Below, piece by piece: positions 17,418 to 28,026 of a stretch of 58,423 nucleotides of DNA (within the stretch, counting starts at the first letter, position 1; each line of letters begins with the position of its first letter). Below the pieces are notes generated by a model. The model made no database searches, had not been told where the DNA came from, and was given only the letters and a program-made list of their open reading frames with translations. The position numbers and the translations under genes were made by a program. The DNA is from PVC group bacterium. GTDB lineage: Bacteria; Auribacterota; Erginobacteria; Erginobacterales; PUNC01. Where the stretch lies: assembly GCA_003551625.1 (NCBI GenBank), contig PUNC01000113.1:1-58423 (forward strand), read 5' to 3'.

Positions 17418-18731
17418 ATGACTTCGTTTAAAATACATTATCGGAGGCTGTTGCTGGCTCTGGTTCTGGTGGCGGTCTTTTTCACCGTTCTGGGCCGAAT
17501 TTCCGTCAACCGCCCCTCGGGGATCACCGACGCGGCGCTGCCGATTCTCCAGCTCGAGATCGCGGGCGCCGGCCGCCTCGCGTTCAGTATCGGCGGGACG
17601 ATCGACAACCTGATTCTTCTCGCCCTGGCCGCCTGGCTGCTGGGCTGCGCCTGGGACCGGAGTTTACGGCCGTCCCGGTCGGGAATGGAGCCCGCCGTGC
17701 TGGCCTACCTGGGGGTGTCCGCCCTCTCCTTCCTCTTTTCCCCCCATCGGGCCTTAAGCTGGGAGACCGGTTTCCGCACCCTGGTCGTTCAGGTCGCCTG
17801 GTTCTTTCTGATCCTGTCGTTTTTGCGGGACGAGGGCCGCCAGAAAGCCGTTCTGGCGACTCTCTTCTTCGCTCTCAGTTTGACGGTGGCGGCGGGACTG
17901 GTGATGTACGGGCGGGGGGAGTTCTTTCCCCGGACCCCGCAGCGGATCTGGCTCTCCTTCGGACACCCCAACAGCGCCGGCGCGGCGCTGGTGCTCTTGA
18001 TCCCCGGCGCGCTGGCGCCCCTGCTCTTCAAGCCCCCGCTCCGGGTAAAGCTCTTTTCCGGTCTGGCGGCCCTGCTGCTGCTGCCGGCCGCGTTCCTGAC
18101 CTTCTCCCGGACCGCCTGGATCAGCCTTCTGATCGGCCTGGGCATCCTGGCCGCGCGCCACCGGGTAAAGTATCTCGGCGCCGGTATTCTTCTGGTCGCC
18201 CTGGCCTTGCTGCTGGTCTTCAACCTGGACACGGATTCGCGGCCCTTCTGGTTCCAGCGGGTGGAGAGCTTCGCCGACTGGCGCACGGATCAGAATATCC
18301 TGGACCGCCTGGCTTTCTGGGAGCAAGGCTTCCAGATGATAAGGGAACGCCCCCTGCTCGGCCACGGCCCCGGGTACGGCCTTTTCGTCGACGAGCCCGA
18401 TTCGGCGACGCCGATGGTCAGTTCGGCCGCTCCCCATAACTTTTACATCTCCCAGGCGGTCAGCGCGGGAGCCCTCGGTTTGGGGGTTTTTCTGTGGCTG
18501 GTCTTCGTCATCTTCCGCTCGGCCCGCCGGGAACTGATCCGCGGCGACGGCTGGTTCGGAAAGAGCGTAAGCTTCGGGTTGATCGCCGGGCTTACGGGTT
18601 TTCTGATCGGCTGCCTGGCCGACGATCCGCTGCTCAACGAAAGAATTTCGTTCCTATTCTGGCTTCTGGCGGGTATTCTCGCCGCCAGACTGGCGGAACG
18701 GCGATCGCCGGCGGCAATGGAGAACGGGTAG
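17418..18731 (+). CDS. O-antigen ligase family membrane protein
   Basis: FGHPN, TFSRTAW, PLLGHGPG, PHNFY; polytopic. Confidence 0.85.
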   Translation: MTSFKIHYRRLLLALVLVAVFFTVLGRISVNRPSGITDAALPILQLEIAGAGRLAFSIGGTIDNLILLALAAWLLGCAWDRSLRPSRSGMEPAVLAYLGVSALSFLFSPHRALSWETGFRTLVVQVAWFFLILSFLRDEGRQKAVLATLFFALSLTVAAGLVMYGRGEFFPRTPQRIWLSFGHPNSAGAALVLLIPGALAPLLFKPPLRVKLFSGLAALLLLPAAFLTFSRTAWISLLIGLGILAARHRVKYLGAGILLVALALLLVFNLDTDSRPFWFQRVESFADWRTDQNILDRLAFWEQGFQMIRERPLLGHGPGYGLFVDEPDSATPMVSSAAPHNFYISQAVSAGALGLGVFLWLVFVIFRSARRELIRGDGWFGKSVSFGLIAGLTGFLIGCLADDPLLNERISFLFWLLAGILAARLAERRSPAAMENG

Positions 18732-18736
18732 GGGAA

Positions 18737-19741
18737 ATGAAGAAGGGAATGATAGTGGTCACCGGCGGCGCCGGCTTTATCGGAAGCGCCCTCATTCGGG
18801 AGTTGAACCGGTCGGGCCGGGAGGAGATAGTCGTCGTGGATTCTCTCGGGTCGGGGGATAAGTGGAGGAATCTCAATGGGTTGAGGTTCGCCGATTACCT
18901 GGACAAGGAGGATTTCCTCCAGCAGGTCCGGGCCGGTAATTTCGGCCCGCCCCCGGAAGCGATCTTCCATCTCGGGGCCTGCTCTTCCACCACCGAGCTC
19001 GACGTCGGCTATTTGATGAGAAACAACTTCGAATACAGCAAATCCCTGGCCCGTTACTGCCTGAACAGTTCGGTTCGTCTGATCTACGCTTCCTCGGCCG
19101 CCACTTACGGCGACGGGGGGATCGGCTTTAAAGATTCCGAAGACGATCTTCCGCGGCTGCGGCCCCTCAACCCCTACGGTTTTTCCAAGCAGCTTTTCGA
19201 TCTCTGGGCCTGGCGAGCCGGCGCGCTGGGAAAAATCGTCGGCCTGAAGTATTTCAATGTCTTCGGCCCCAACGAATATCACAAGGGTGAGATGCGCAGT
19301 ATGGTCTGCAAGGGCTACGAACAGATCCGTTCCGCCGGCCGGCTCAAACTCTTCAAATCCGAGCGGCCGGAATTCGGCGACGGGGAGCAGGAGAGGGACT
19401 TCCTTTACGTCAAGGACGCGGCGCGGATGACACTTTTCTTCCTCTCGCGCCCGGAAGCCCGCGGGATATTCAATATCGGCAGCGGCGAGGTCCACACCTG
19501 GAATCAGCTGGCCGGCGCCCTCTTCCGGGCCGCGGGGCTTCCCCCCGCGATCGAATACATTCCCCTGCCGGACCGGCTGCGGGACCGTTATCAATATCAT
19601 ACGCGGGCCGAAATCGCGAAACTCCGGTCGGCCGGATACTCCGCTCCGCCGACGCCGCTGGCCGAGGCGGTGGAAGACTACGTCCGCAATTATCTCGACG
19701 GCCGGCGCCACCTGGGTGAGGTTGCCAATGAAGAAGGATGA
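18737..19741 (+). CDS. hldD: ADP-L-glycero-D-manno-heptose 6-epimerase
   Basis: VTGGAGFIGS, GACSSTTE, YASSAATYG, YGFSK, EYHKGEMRS. Confidence 0.95.
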   Translation: MKKGMIVVTGGAGFIGSALIRELNRSGREEIVVVDSLGSGDKWRNLNGLRFADYLDKEDFLQQVRAGNFGPPPEAIFHLGACSSTTELDVGYLMRNNFEYSKSLARYCLNSSVRLIYASSAATYGDGGIGFKDSEDDLPRLRPLNPYGFSKQLFDLWAWRAGALGKIVGLKYFNVFGPNEYHKGEMRSMVCKGYEQIRSAGRLKLFKSERPEFGDGEQERDFLYVKDAARMTLFFLSRPEARGIFNIGSGEVHTWNQLAGALFRAAGLPPAIEYIPLPDRLRDRYQYHTRAEIAKLRSAGYSAPPTPLAEAVEDYVRNYLDGRRHLGEVANEEG

Positions 19742-20699
19742 ACGTCGGATCATCGCCGATTGGGCCGGCAAGCGGGTGCTGGTGGTGGGGGATGTAATGC
19801 TCGACGAGTATATCTGGGGGGAGGTGGAGCGGATATCCCCGGAAGCCCCGGTTCCGGTGGTGAGGGTGAAGGGCCGGAGCTGGACGGCCGGGGGGGCCGC
19901 CAACGTGGCCCACAATGTGGCGGCGCTGGGAGGTTCGGTGGAACTGGTCGGCCTGATCGGCCGGGATCAGCAGGGCAAGCTGCTCAAGAGGGTTATGGAA
20001 CGGGCGGGGATCGGTACCGGAGGGCTGATCGTCTCCTCTTCGCGGCCGACGGTGACCAAATCGCGGATTCTGGCGGGCCATCAGCAGGTGGTCAGGATCG
20101 ACACCGAGCAGCCCGGCCGGATCGCCGCCCCGGAGCGCCGCGAAGCGATTATGAGGGCGAAAGCGCTGGCGGGTTCCGTCGACGCGGTGATCATCGAAGA
20201 CTACTCCAAGGGGCTGCTGGACCAGGAGATGATCGACCGGCTGATCGGGTTGTCGCTGGCCCGCGACTGTCCGGTGGTGGCCGACCCCAACGAAAACCAA
20301 CGTTACCGCTATCGCGGGGCCACCCTGGTCACTCCCAACCGGAAAGAGGCCCTGGTGGTCTCCGGCCTTCCCCGCGAGACTCCGACCGCCGAACTCGGCC
20401 GCCATCTGCTCCGGCGCTGGGGGCCGCGGGCCCTTCTGATCACGCTCGGCGAGGACGGGATGTGCCTCTTCGAGCGCCGGAAGAAGCCCTTCTTCATCCC
20501 CACCGTGGCCCGAGAGGTATTCGACGTTTCCGGCGCCGGCGACACGGTGGTGGGCACGCTGGCGCTGGCCCTGGCCGCCGGAGCCGATTTTTCGTCCGCG
20601 GCCGAACTCGCCAATCGCGCCGCCGGGATTGTGGTGGGCAAGCTGGGCACCGCGACCGCGAGCGCGTCGGAACTGCTGGAAGCCGTGGCGGAGCGATGA
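19728..20699 (+). CDS. rfaE1: D-glycero-D-manno-heptose-7-phosphate kinase (RfaE domain I)
   Basis: VGDVMLDEY, RISPEAPVPV, DVSGAGDTV. Confidence 0.93.
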   Translation: MKKDERRIIADWAGKRVLVVGDVMLDEYIWGEVERISPEAPVPVVRVKGRSWTAGGAANVAHNVAALGGSVELVGLIGRDQQGKLLKRVMERAGIGTGGLIVSSSRPTVTKSRILAGHQQVVRIDTEQPGRIAAPERREAIMRAKALAGSVDAVIIEDYSKGLLDQEMIDRLIGLSLARDCPVVADPNENQRYRYRGATLVTPNRKEALVVSGLPRETPTAELGRHLLRRWGPRALLITLGEDGMCLFERRKKPFFIPTVAREVFDVSGAGDTVVGTLALALAAGADFSSAAELANRAAGIVVGKLGTATASASELLEAVAER

Positions 20700-21268
20700 A
20701 ACGGCCGGCCGTCTTCCTGGATCGGGACGGGACCATAAACTATGATCCCGGTTACCTGGATTCGCCCGACAAACTGGTAGTCCTCCCCCCCGCCCGCCGG
20801 GGGCTGAAGCTGCTGTCGGAGCTGGGGTATCCCCTGTTTATCGTGACCAACCAGTCGGGGATCGGGAGAGGGTATCTCAGCGTCGAAACCCTTCAGGCGA
20901 TTCACCGGAGACTCGAAGAGGAGCTCGCCCCCGCCGGGGTCAAGTTTGAAGAGATAGCTTTCTGTCCCCACCACCCGGAAGAGGGCTGCTCCTGCCGCAA
21001 GCCCAGCCCGAAGATGGTGCTGGATCTGGCCGCGGCGCACGATATCGACCTCGCGGCTTCCTACCTGGTCGGCGACAGCCCTTCCGACATCGAGACCGGC
21101 CGCCGGGCGGGATGCCGGACCGTTCTTCTCTCCGGCCCCGACCCCGCCGGGCGGGCGGGAGCGGCCGGGGGGCGGGTCGAGCCCGAATATTCGGCCGCCG
21201 ACCTTTGGGAGGCGGCCCGCCTGATCCGCGAGCTTGCCGCATCCGACCGGGAGGGGCGGCCGAGGTGA
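20696..21268 (+). CDS. gmhB: Heptose-1,7-bisphosphate phosphatase
   Basis: FLDRDGT, TNQSGIGRG, CPHHP...CSCRKP. Confidence 0.92.
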   Translation: MKRPAVFLDRDGTINYDPGYLDSPDKLVVLPPARRGLKLLSELGYPLFIVTNQSGIGRGYLSVETLQAIHRRLEEELAPAGVKFEEIAFCPHHPEEGCSCRKPSPKMVLDLAAAHDIDLAASYLVGDSPSDIETGRRAGCRTVLLSGPDPAGRAGAAGGRVEPEYSAADLWEAARLIRELAASDREGRPR

Positions 21269-22020
21269 CCGGGAAGGAGAACTATCCCGCGGCGGCGATC
21301 ATCCCCGCCCGCTTCGCCTCCACCCGGTTCCCGGGCAAAATCCTGGCTTCGCTGGGCGGCCGGACGGTGATCGAATGGGTCTGGCGGGCGGCGGCCGCTT
21401 CCCGGGTCCGGCGCGCGCTGGTGGCGACCGACGACCGCCGGATCGAGGAGGAGGTGAAAAGGTTCGGGGGAGAGGTGGTTCTGACTTCGGCTTCCCACCG
21501 GACGGGCAGCGAAAGAGTGGCCGAGGCCGCCGGGCGGCTGGGCCCGGAAGTGGAGGTCGTGATCAACGTCCAGGGCGACGAGCCCTTTCTGCGTCCGGAG
21601 ATGATAGACCGGGTGGCGGGAGAACTCGTTTCCGATCCTTCCCTGGAGGCGGTCACCCTGATCAAGCGGATCGATTCTCCGGAAGAGTTCAATGATCCGG
21701 GGACGGTTAAGGCGGTGGTCGACGAGGACGGCTTTGCTCTTTATTTCTCCCGCTCCCCGATTCCTTACCGCGGATTCTCGACCTCCTTCCGCCCCTTCAA
21801 ACATATCGGGATCTACGGTTTCCGGAAGGATTTTCTCCTCCGTTTCGTTCAATTGCCGCCGGGACGGCTGGAGAGCCGGGAAAGGCTGGAGCAGTTGCGG
21901 ATACTTGAAAGCGGGTATAGAATAAAGACCCTGTTAACGGACCGGGAGACCATCGGCATCGATACGCCAGAGGATCTCAAACGGGCCGAAGCATTCTTGA
22001 GAGAACGGGGCAATGATTGA
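21265..22020 (+). CDS. kdsB: CMP-Kdo synthetase
   Basis: IPARFASTRFPGK, NVQGDEP, ERLEQLR; GTGA overlap. Confidence 0.95.
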   Translation: MTGKENYPAAAIIPARFASTRFPGKILASLGGRTVIEWVWRAAAASRVRRALVATDDRRIEEEVKRFGGEVVLTSASHRTGSERVAEAAGRLGPEVEVVINVQGDEPFLRPEMIDRVAGELVSDPSLEAVTLIKRIDSPEEFNDPGTVKAVVDEDGFALYFSRSPIPYRGFSTSFRPFKHIGIYGFRKDFLLRFVQLPPGRLESRERLEQLRILESGYRIKTLLTDRETIGIDTPEDLKRAEAFLRERGND

Positions 22021-22861
22021 GAAAGTCAAAGAATTTTCCATCGGCGAAATCAGGGTGGGGGGGAGGTCCCCCTTCTTCCTGATCGCCGGGGTCTGCGTGA
22101 TCGAGGACGCCGATTGGACCCGGCGGATCGCCGAAGCGCTCAAAACCGCCGCCGCCGCCCGCGGCGTCGGGCTGGTCTTCAAAGCCTCTTACGACAAGGC
22201 CAACCGGACTTCCTTGAACTCGTTCCGCGGGCCGGGGTTGGAAACGGGGCTGAAGATCCTGAAGAAGATCAAGGACGAACTGGAGCTTCCCCTGCTGGTG
22301 GATTTCCACCGCGCCGAGGACGCGGCGACGGTGGCGGAGGTGGCCGATGTCGTTCAGGTGCCGGCTTTTCTTTGCCGGCAGACCGACATCGTCGCCGCCG
22401 CCGCCCGCACCGGCCGGGCGGTCAACGTCAAGAAGGGCCAGTTTCTCGCCCCCGAAGACGCGGCGGCGATAATCGAGAAGATCCGGTCCGCCGGCAACGA
22501 ACGGATCCTGATCACGGAAAGGGGGACCAGCTTCGGCTACCATTACCTGGTCAGCGACTTCAAGGGGATGGTCCGGACGCGGAAGCTGGGCTTCCCGGTG
22601 GTCTATGACGCCACTCACAGCACCCAGCTCCCGGGCGGCGGCGGAGGCTTCACGGAGGGGGAGAGGGAGATGATCGAACCCCTGGCCCGGAGCGCGCTGG
22701 CGGCCGGTTGCGACGCGGTCTTCCTGGAGGTGCACGATCGGCCGGAAGAAGCCCTCTCCGACGGACCCAGCCTTCTCCCCCTGGAGAGGCTGCCGGCCCT
22801 GCTGGGCGAACTGAAGGCGATTGACCGGATCGTGAAGACCGGGAGGGCCCGAGATGGCTGA
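22013..22861 (+). CDS. kdsA: Kdo-8-phosphate synthase
   Basis: FKASYDKANRTS, KKGQFL, DATHS. Confidence 0.96.
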   Translation: MIEKVKEFSIGEIRVGGRSPFFLIAGVCVIEDADWTRRIAEALKTAAAARGVGLVFKASYDKANRTSLNSFRGPGLETGLKILKKIKDELELPLLVDFHRAEDAATVAEVADVVQVPAFLCRQTDIVAAAARTGRAVNVKKGQFLAPEDAAAIIEKIRSAGNERILITERGTSFGYHYLVSDFKGMVRTRKLGFPVVYDATHSTQLPGGGGGFTEGEREMIEPLARSALAAGCDAVFLEVHDRPEEALSDGPSLLPLERLPALLGELKAIDRIVKTGRARDG

Positions 22862-23825
22862 AAAAGATATCCTCGCCGTCGCGCGCCGGGTTATCGAGAC
22901 CGAAGCCGAGGCCGTGGCGAGCCTGATCCCCCGGCTCGGCGAAGATTTCTCCCGGGCGGTGGAGATTCTCTTCAACTGCCGGGGAAGGATCATCGTGACC
23001 GGGATGGGCAAGACCGGCCTGATCGGGCGGAAGATCTCGGCCACCCTCGCCTCTACCGGCTCGCCCTCCTTGAGCCTTCATCCCGCCGAGGCGCTGCACG
23101 GGGACCTGGGGATGGTGGGGCGGGAGGACGTCGTCCTGGCGGTATCCCAGAGCGGCGACTCTTACGAGATCAAGGCCCTGCTGCCGTTCATCAAGCAGAT
23201 GGGGATCAAGCTGATCGCGCTTACCGGCCGGCCGGACTCCCCGCTGGCCCGCTACAGCGACGTGGTGCTTGACACCGCGGTGGACCGGGAAGCCTGCCCC
23301 CACAACCTGGTGCCCACCGCCTCCACCACCGCCGCCCTGGCCCTGGGCGACGCTCTCGCCGTCGCCCTGTTGGAGAAGCGGGGGTTCGAGAAGGCGGATT
23401 TCGCCCGGCTTCATCCGGGCGGGGCCATCGGGAAGAGATTGCTCCTGAAGGTCTCCGACCTGATGCGGACCGGCCCGGCCAACCCGCTGGTGGACAGCGG
23501 GGTGAGCGTGAAAGAGACCCTCTTCCGGATCACCGCCGCCCGGGCGGGCGCCGCCGGCGTGATCGACGGCGCCGGGCGGCTGGCGGGCATATTCACCGAC
23601 GGCGACCTGCGCCGGGCGATCGAGAAGGATCCGGGGATTCTCGACCGGGCGGTCGGGGAAGCGATGACGGCATCGCCACTGACCGTAGCGCCGGATCAGC
23701 TGGCGACCGAGGCCCTGCGGATGTTGAGCGAGCGCAAGATCGACGAACTGCCGGTCGTCGACGCCGAGGGAAAGCCGGTCGGAATGCTCGATATCCAGGA
23801 TCTGCTCAACGCGGGGCTGACCTGA
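22854..23825 (+). CDS. kdsD: Arabinose-5-phosphate isomerase (KpsF/GutQ, SIS+CBS)
   Basis: GMGKTG, HPAEALHGDLG, HPGG, CBS pair. Confidence 0.95.
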   Translation: MAEKDILAVARRVIETEAEAVASLIPRLGEDFSRAVEILFNCRGRIIVTGMGKTGLIGRKISATLASTGSPSLSLHPAEALHGDLGMVGREDVVLAVSQSGDSYEIKALLPFIKQMGIKLIALTGRPDSPLARYSDVVLDTAVDREACPHNLVPTASTTAALALGDALAVALLEKRGFEKADFARLHPGGAIGKRLLLKVSDLMRTGPANPLVDSGVSVKETLFRITAARAGAAGVIDGAGRLAGIFTDGDLRRAIEKDPGILDRAVGEAMTASPLTVAPDQLATEALRMLSERKIDELPVVDAEGKPVGMLDIQDLLNAGLT

Positions 23826-23880
23826 CCGGCCGCCGCGCCGGTGGGGTTAATCCGGATTATTCATAAAAGAGGAACCGGAG

Positions 23881-24390
23881 ATGAAGCGACCGATCGACCG
23901 GGACCGGCTGAAAAATATCCGGTTGCTGGCCCTGGATGTTGACGGGGTTCTCACCGACGGCACGATCCGCCTGGACGGCGCCGGCGGCGAATCGAAGGTC
24001 TTCTCCGTTCAGGACGGCTCCGCCCTGAAACGGGCGTCGGCGGCGGGGGTGGAGATTGTTTGGATCAGCGGCCGGACCTCGCCCGCGGTCGCGGCCCGGG
24101 CCAAAGAGCTGGGGGTGACGGCGGTCTATCAGGGCGTCGAAGAGAAGACCGGGGTCCTGGACAAGATCCTCGCCGGGAAGGGGTTGAGCTGGAAGCAGGC
24201 GGCCGCGGTCGGCGACGATCTCAACGATCTCGCCGTGATGAGAAAGTGCGGGTGGTCGGCGGCGCCGTCCCAGGCCCATCCCGCGGTCGCCGCCGCCGCC
24301 GATTACGTCACCGGAACGCCCGGAGGAGGGGGAGCGGTCCGGGAGGTGGTGGACCTGATCCTGGAGGCCCGGGGGAGGGCGTTATCCTGA
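23881..24390 (+). CDS. kdsC: Kdo-8-phosphate phosphatase
   Basis: DVDGVLTDG, GDDLND, GGAVRE. Confidence 0.93.
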   Translation: MKRPIDRDRLKNIRLLALDVDGVLTDGTIRLDGAGGESKVFSVQDGSALKRASAAGVEIVWISGRTSPAVAARAKELGVTAVYQGVEEKTGVLDKILAGKGLSWKQAAAVGDDLNDLAVMRKCGWSAAPSQAHPAVAAAADYVTGTPGGGGAVREVVDLILEARGRALS

Positions 24391-24458
24391 AGACGATCCC
24401 CGGCCGGGGCCGGGGTCTTGCTCCGCAGGTTTTCAGCTCTTTTCCGAAGTAAGACGAA

Positions 24459-24929
24459 ATGATCAGAACCGATAAAATCAAAACGACTCCGCTTCTGGCG
24501 GCGATACTGCTGGCGGCGCTGGTCGTTGGAGCCGCCGTCGAGGCGGGAGGGGATCCCACGCCCGCCCCCCGCCGCCGGGAGATCAGCGGCTTCACCCGGT
24601 ATATTCCCGGCCGGGACGGCGAGATCGAGTGGGAGATCAACGGGGAGACCGCCCGCTTTTTGTCCGCCAACCTGGTGGAGATGGAAGGGTTCGTCGCCCG
24701 GGCCGGGGGCGAGCTCGCCCCCCTGACCCTGAGCACCCGCCGGTTGGTATTCGATCTCAACAGCAATACCGGCTGGGCGGTGGAAGAGTGGGGCGAATTT
24801 CGAAGCGACAATATCTTCCTGCGGGGGCGGGGAGTGGTCTGGGATACCCGCAACCAGATGATCCGGTTTGTCGAGGACGTGAGGTTCGTTATCGACGAGA
24901 CGGAGGGCGGGGGGCTCTTCCCGTTATGA
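24459..24929 (+). CDS. lptC: LptC-like LPS export protein
   Basis: N-terminal TM segment, beta-rich, position between kdsC and lptA. Confidence 0.6.
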   Translation: MIRTDKIKTTPLLAAILLAALVVGAAVEAGGDPTPAPRRREISGFTRYIPGRDGEIEWEINGETARFLSANLVEMEGFVARAGGELAPLTLSTRRLVFDLNSNTGWAVEEWGEFRSDNIFLRGRGVVWDTRNQMIRFVEDVRFVIDETEGGGLFPL

Positions 24930-25414
24930 GAACCGCGACGATCTTGAAGCTGGCGCCGCTTCTGCTTCTCCTTTTTCCGTCGGTCCCGGGTCGTCCCGGC
25001 GCCGACGAGATTGGGCAAGAAGACTGGACGGTGATCACCTGCGACGGCAACCTCCTGATGGAGCGCGGCGCCCAAAAGGCGACCTTCTCCCGCAACGTCC
25101 GGGTGGTCAATCCCCGGGGGAGCATATCCGCCGACCGCCTGGTGATCTTCTTCTGCCGGGAAGGGGAGACCGTCGACCGGCTCGAGGCTTTCGGTTCCGT
25201 GGAGATCGATCTGGCCGGCCGGGCCGGCGGCGCCGACACCCTCGCCTACCATCCGCGGGAGCGGCGGCTGGTTCTGCTGGCCAACGCCCGGGTCAGGATC
25301 GGCGCGGACACGGTGCGGGGGGAGAAGATAACCTTTTACCTGGACCGGGACGAGATGGAGGTGGAAGCCGCCACCGATATGAGGATTGTGCCGCCCCGGG
25401 AATGGAGGGAGTAA
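24926..25414 (+). CDS. lptA: LptA/OstA-like periplasmic protein
   Basis: Signal peptide, ATFSRNVRV, ADRL, VRGEKITF; upstream of lptB. Confidence 0.75.
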   Translation: MRTATILKLAPLLLLLFPSVPGRPGADEIGQEDWTVITCDGNLLMERGAQKATFSRNVRVVNPRGSISADRLVIFFCREGETVDRLEAFGSVEIDLAGRAGGADTLAYHPRERRLVLLANARVRIGADTVRGEKITFYLDRDEMEVEAATDMRIVPPREWRE

Positions 25415-25417
25415 GGC

Positions 25418-26140
25418 TTGACCCTTTTGAGGACCGAAAACCTGGTCAAGGCCTACCGCCGCCGCCGCGTGGTCGATCGGGTCAGCCTCACCGTCAACCC
25501 GGGGGAGATCGTCGGCCTGCTCGGCCCCAACGGCGCCGGGAAGACCACGACCTTCTATATGGTGGTGGGTTTGATCAGTCCCACCGAAGGCAGGGTACTC
25601 TTCGACCGGGAGGATATCACCCGGCTGCCGATGTCGCGCCGGGCGCGGCTGGGGATATCCTATCTTTCCCAGGAGCCGTCGGTCTTCCGGAACCTGACGG
25701 TGGAAGAGAATATCCTGGCCATCCTGGAGACCGTGGATTCCGACCGCCGCCGCCGCCGGGCGAGAATGCGCGACCTCCTCCAGGAGCTGGGTATCGCCCA
25801 CCTGGCCGGGAACAAGGCCTACACCCTCTCCGGGGGGGAGAGGAGAAGACTGGAGATCGCCCGCGCCCTGGTGATCTCTCCCCGGTTCATCCTGCTCGAC
25901 GAGCCTTTCTCCGGCGTCGATCCCATCGCGGTGGCCGATGTCCAGAACATCATCCAGGATTTGCGAAACCGGGGTATGGGCATCCTGCTCACCGACCATA
26001 ATGTCCGGGAAACCCTTTCCATCACCGATCGATCCTATATAATGTTCGAGGGGAAGATCCTCTTTTCGGGGACTTCCACCGACCTGGTCAACAATCCCCA
26101 GGCCCGGGAAGTCTATCTGGGCGAAAAATTTAGAATGTGA
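25418..26140 (+). CDS. lptB: LPS export ABC ATPase
   Basis: [41 protein letters not shown]. Confidence 0.97.
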   Translation: MTLLRTENLVKAYRRRRVVDRVSLTVNPGEIVGLLGPNGAGKTTTFYMVVGLISPTEGRVLFDREDITRLPMSRRARLGISYLSQEPSVFRNLTVEENILAILETVDSDRRRRRARMRDLLQELGIAHLAGNKAYTLSGGERRRLEIARALVISPRFILLDEPFSGVDPIAVADVQNIIQDLRNRGMGILLTDHNVRETLSITDRSYIMFEGKILFSGTSTDLVNNPQAREVYLGEKFRM

Positions 26141-26213
26141 AACGTCCGCCGATCTCCGCCCGGAGGCCCGGGACGCCCGGAGGAGCGGACACTTAAACTT
26201 TCAGGAGGACAAA

Positions 26214-26729
26214 GTGCAGGTAACGATCACCAGTCGCCACGCCGAGATCAGTGAACAGACGCGGGACTACGGAAGGAAGAAGATCGAGCATTTTTCCCAG
26301 ATCGTATCGGAGATCACCGAAGTCCACCTTGTGATCGAGAAGGAAAAAAGAGGGTTTCTGGCCGAGGTCAACCTGCTGGTTCCCCGCCATCCGATCAACG
26401 TCCGGGCCCGCGCGCCCGAAGCGGCGCCGGCTATCGACGCCGTCGCCAAGAAGGCCGAGCGGCGGCTGCGGAAGCTTAAAACCCGGATCGAGAAGAGCCG
26501 GAAGCAGGCGCCCCTCCCGGAACCTTCCCCGGAGGCCATCGAGGAGGTCCCCAAGCTGATTCGGGAGGAGGGTTTCCTGGTCAAGACTTTGACCGAGCGG
26601 GAGGCTTCGCTGCGGATGCGGGGTTCGAACCTTAATTTTTTGATCTACCGCGAACCGGGCGACCGGCGGTTGAAGGTAATCTACCGCCGGCGGGACGGAA
26701 ACCTGGGCTTGATCGAACTGGAAGACTGA
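26214..26729 (+). CDS. hpf: Ribosome hibernation promoting factor, long form
   Basis: MQVTITSRH N-terminus; IYRRRDGNLGLIE C-terminus. Confidence 0.85.
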   Translation: MQVTITSRHAEISEQTRDYGRKKIEHFSQIVSEITEVHLVIEKEKRGFLAEVNLLVPRHPINVRARAPEAAPAIDAVAKKAERRLRKLKTRIEKSRKQAPLPEPSPEAIEEVPKLIREEGFLVKTLTEREASLRMRGSNLNFLIYREPGDRRLKVIYRRRDGNLGLIELED

Positions 26730-26745
26730 TCGAAAAGGCAGCGAA

Positions 26746-27702
26746 ATGAAGATCAAGGGCCTTACAATCAACGACTTTTACGAGGGGATGAAGGAGAAGC
26801 TCCGTCTGCGGCTGGTCGCCGGCGCCCCGGGCCTGCGCAACCGGATTCCCTTTTCGGAACTGGCCCAGCCGGGGTTGATCTTCTGCGGTTACAGCCGCCA
26901 TTTCGCGTCCGGCCGGGGCCAGGTGATGGGGAAAAACGCGATCGGTTATCTCCGGGGACTGGATCCGAAGCTGCGAAGGGAACGGATCCGTCTTCTGCTC
27001 GAGCAGAAGGTGCCGTTCTGCGTGGTGACCGGAAATATTCTCCCTCCCCCGGAATTACTGGAAGAGGCCGACCGGATTGAGATTCCCGTCTTTCGCTCCT
27101 CCCTGGCCAGCGGACAGATCATCGACCTGGGCGCGGCCTTTCTGGAAGGGATGTGCTCCCCCCAGGTGACCTACAACGCCAACCTGATGGAGGTTTTCGG
27201 GGTGGGGGTCCTGATCCAGGGCAAGAGCGGGGTGGGCAAAAGCGAATGCGCGCTCAACCTGGTGGCCCGCGGCCACCGCCTGGTGAGCGACGATATCGTT
27301 TACATCCGCAAGTTCCGGGGAGGATATCTCCAGGGCGAGGCTCCGGAACTGGGCCGCTTTCATATGGAGATCCGGGGGCTGGGGATAATCAACGTGCAGA
27401 ACCTGTTCGGCGCGGGTTGTGTCCGGCAGCGCAAGCGGATCGATATGGCGGTGACCCTGGAAGCCTGGGCATCCGACAAGGAATACGAGCGGCTGGGATT
27501 GGATGAAAGCCGGACCGAGCTTTTGAAGGTCAAGATCCCCCATCTCCTGATTCCGGTCCGTCCCGGGCGCAACCTGGATCTTTTGATCGAGACCGCCGCC
27601 CTAAACTACCGGATAAAGATGATGGGCTTGAATCCCGCCCAGGAGTTCGACCGGATCGTTCGCGAAAAGATCCAGTCCAAGTCCGGATCGAGTTTTCGCT
27701 GA
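26746..27702 (+). CDS. hprK: HPr kinase/phosphorylase
   Basis: GKSGVGKSE, GHRLVSDD, EIRGLGII, PVRPGRN. Confidence 0.96.
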   Translation: MKIKGLTINDFYEGMKEKLRLRLVAGAPGLRNRIPFSELAQPGLIFCGYSRHFASGRGQVMGKNAIGYLRGLDPKLRRERIRLLLEQKVPFCVVTGNILPPPELLEEADRIEIPVFRSSLASGQIIDLGAAFLEGMCSPQVTYNANLMEVFGVGVLIQGKSGVGKSECALNLVARGHRLVSDDIVYIRKFRGGYLQGEAPELGRFHMEIRGLGIINVQNLFGAGCVRQRKRIDMAVTLEAWASDKEYERLGLDESRTELLKVKIPHLLIPVRPGRNLDLLIETAALNYRIKMMGLNPAQEFDRIVREKIQSKSGSSFR

Positions 27703-27753
27703 GCGGCCGCGCCTGCCGCTGTTTCCGGGAGTTGTTTTAAGGATCGGACGACT

Positions 27754-28026
27754 ATGAAGGAACTGACCAGGGAAGTCGAGATCAAGAACAAGCTCGGGCT
27801 GCACGCCCGGCCTGCCGCCCGCCTGGTCCAGGTGGCCAACCGTTTCTCCTCCGATATTATGGTCAAGAGCGGCGACGACGAGGTCAACGCCAAGAGCATT
27901 ATGGGGATATTGATGCTGGCCGCCGCCCAGGGCTCCCGGCTCAAGGTCCGGGTCCGCGGGCAGGATGCCGAACCGGCCCTGGACGCCATCGTCAGCCTGG
28001 TCGAAAACAAATTCGAGGAGGAGTGA
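27754..28026 (+). CDS. ptsH: Phosphocarrier HPr
   Basis: GLHARPAA, NAKSIMG. Confidence 0.96.
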   Translation: MKELTREVEIKNKLGLHARPAARLVQVANRFSSDIMVKSGDDEVNAKSIMGILMLAAAQGSRLKVRVRGQDAEPALDAIVSLVENKFEEE

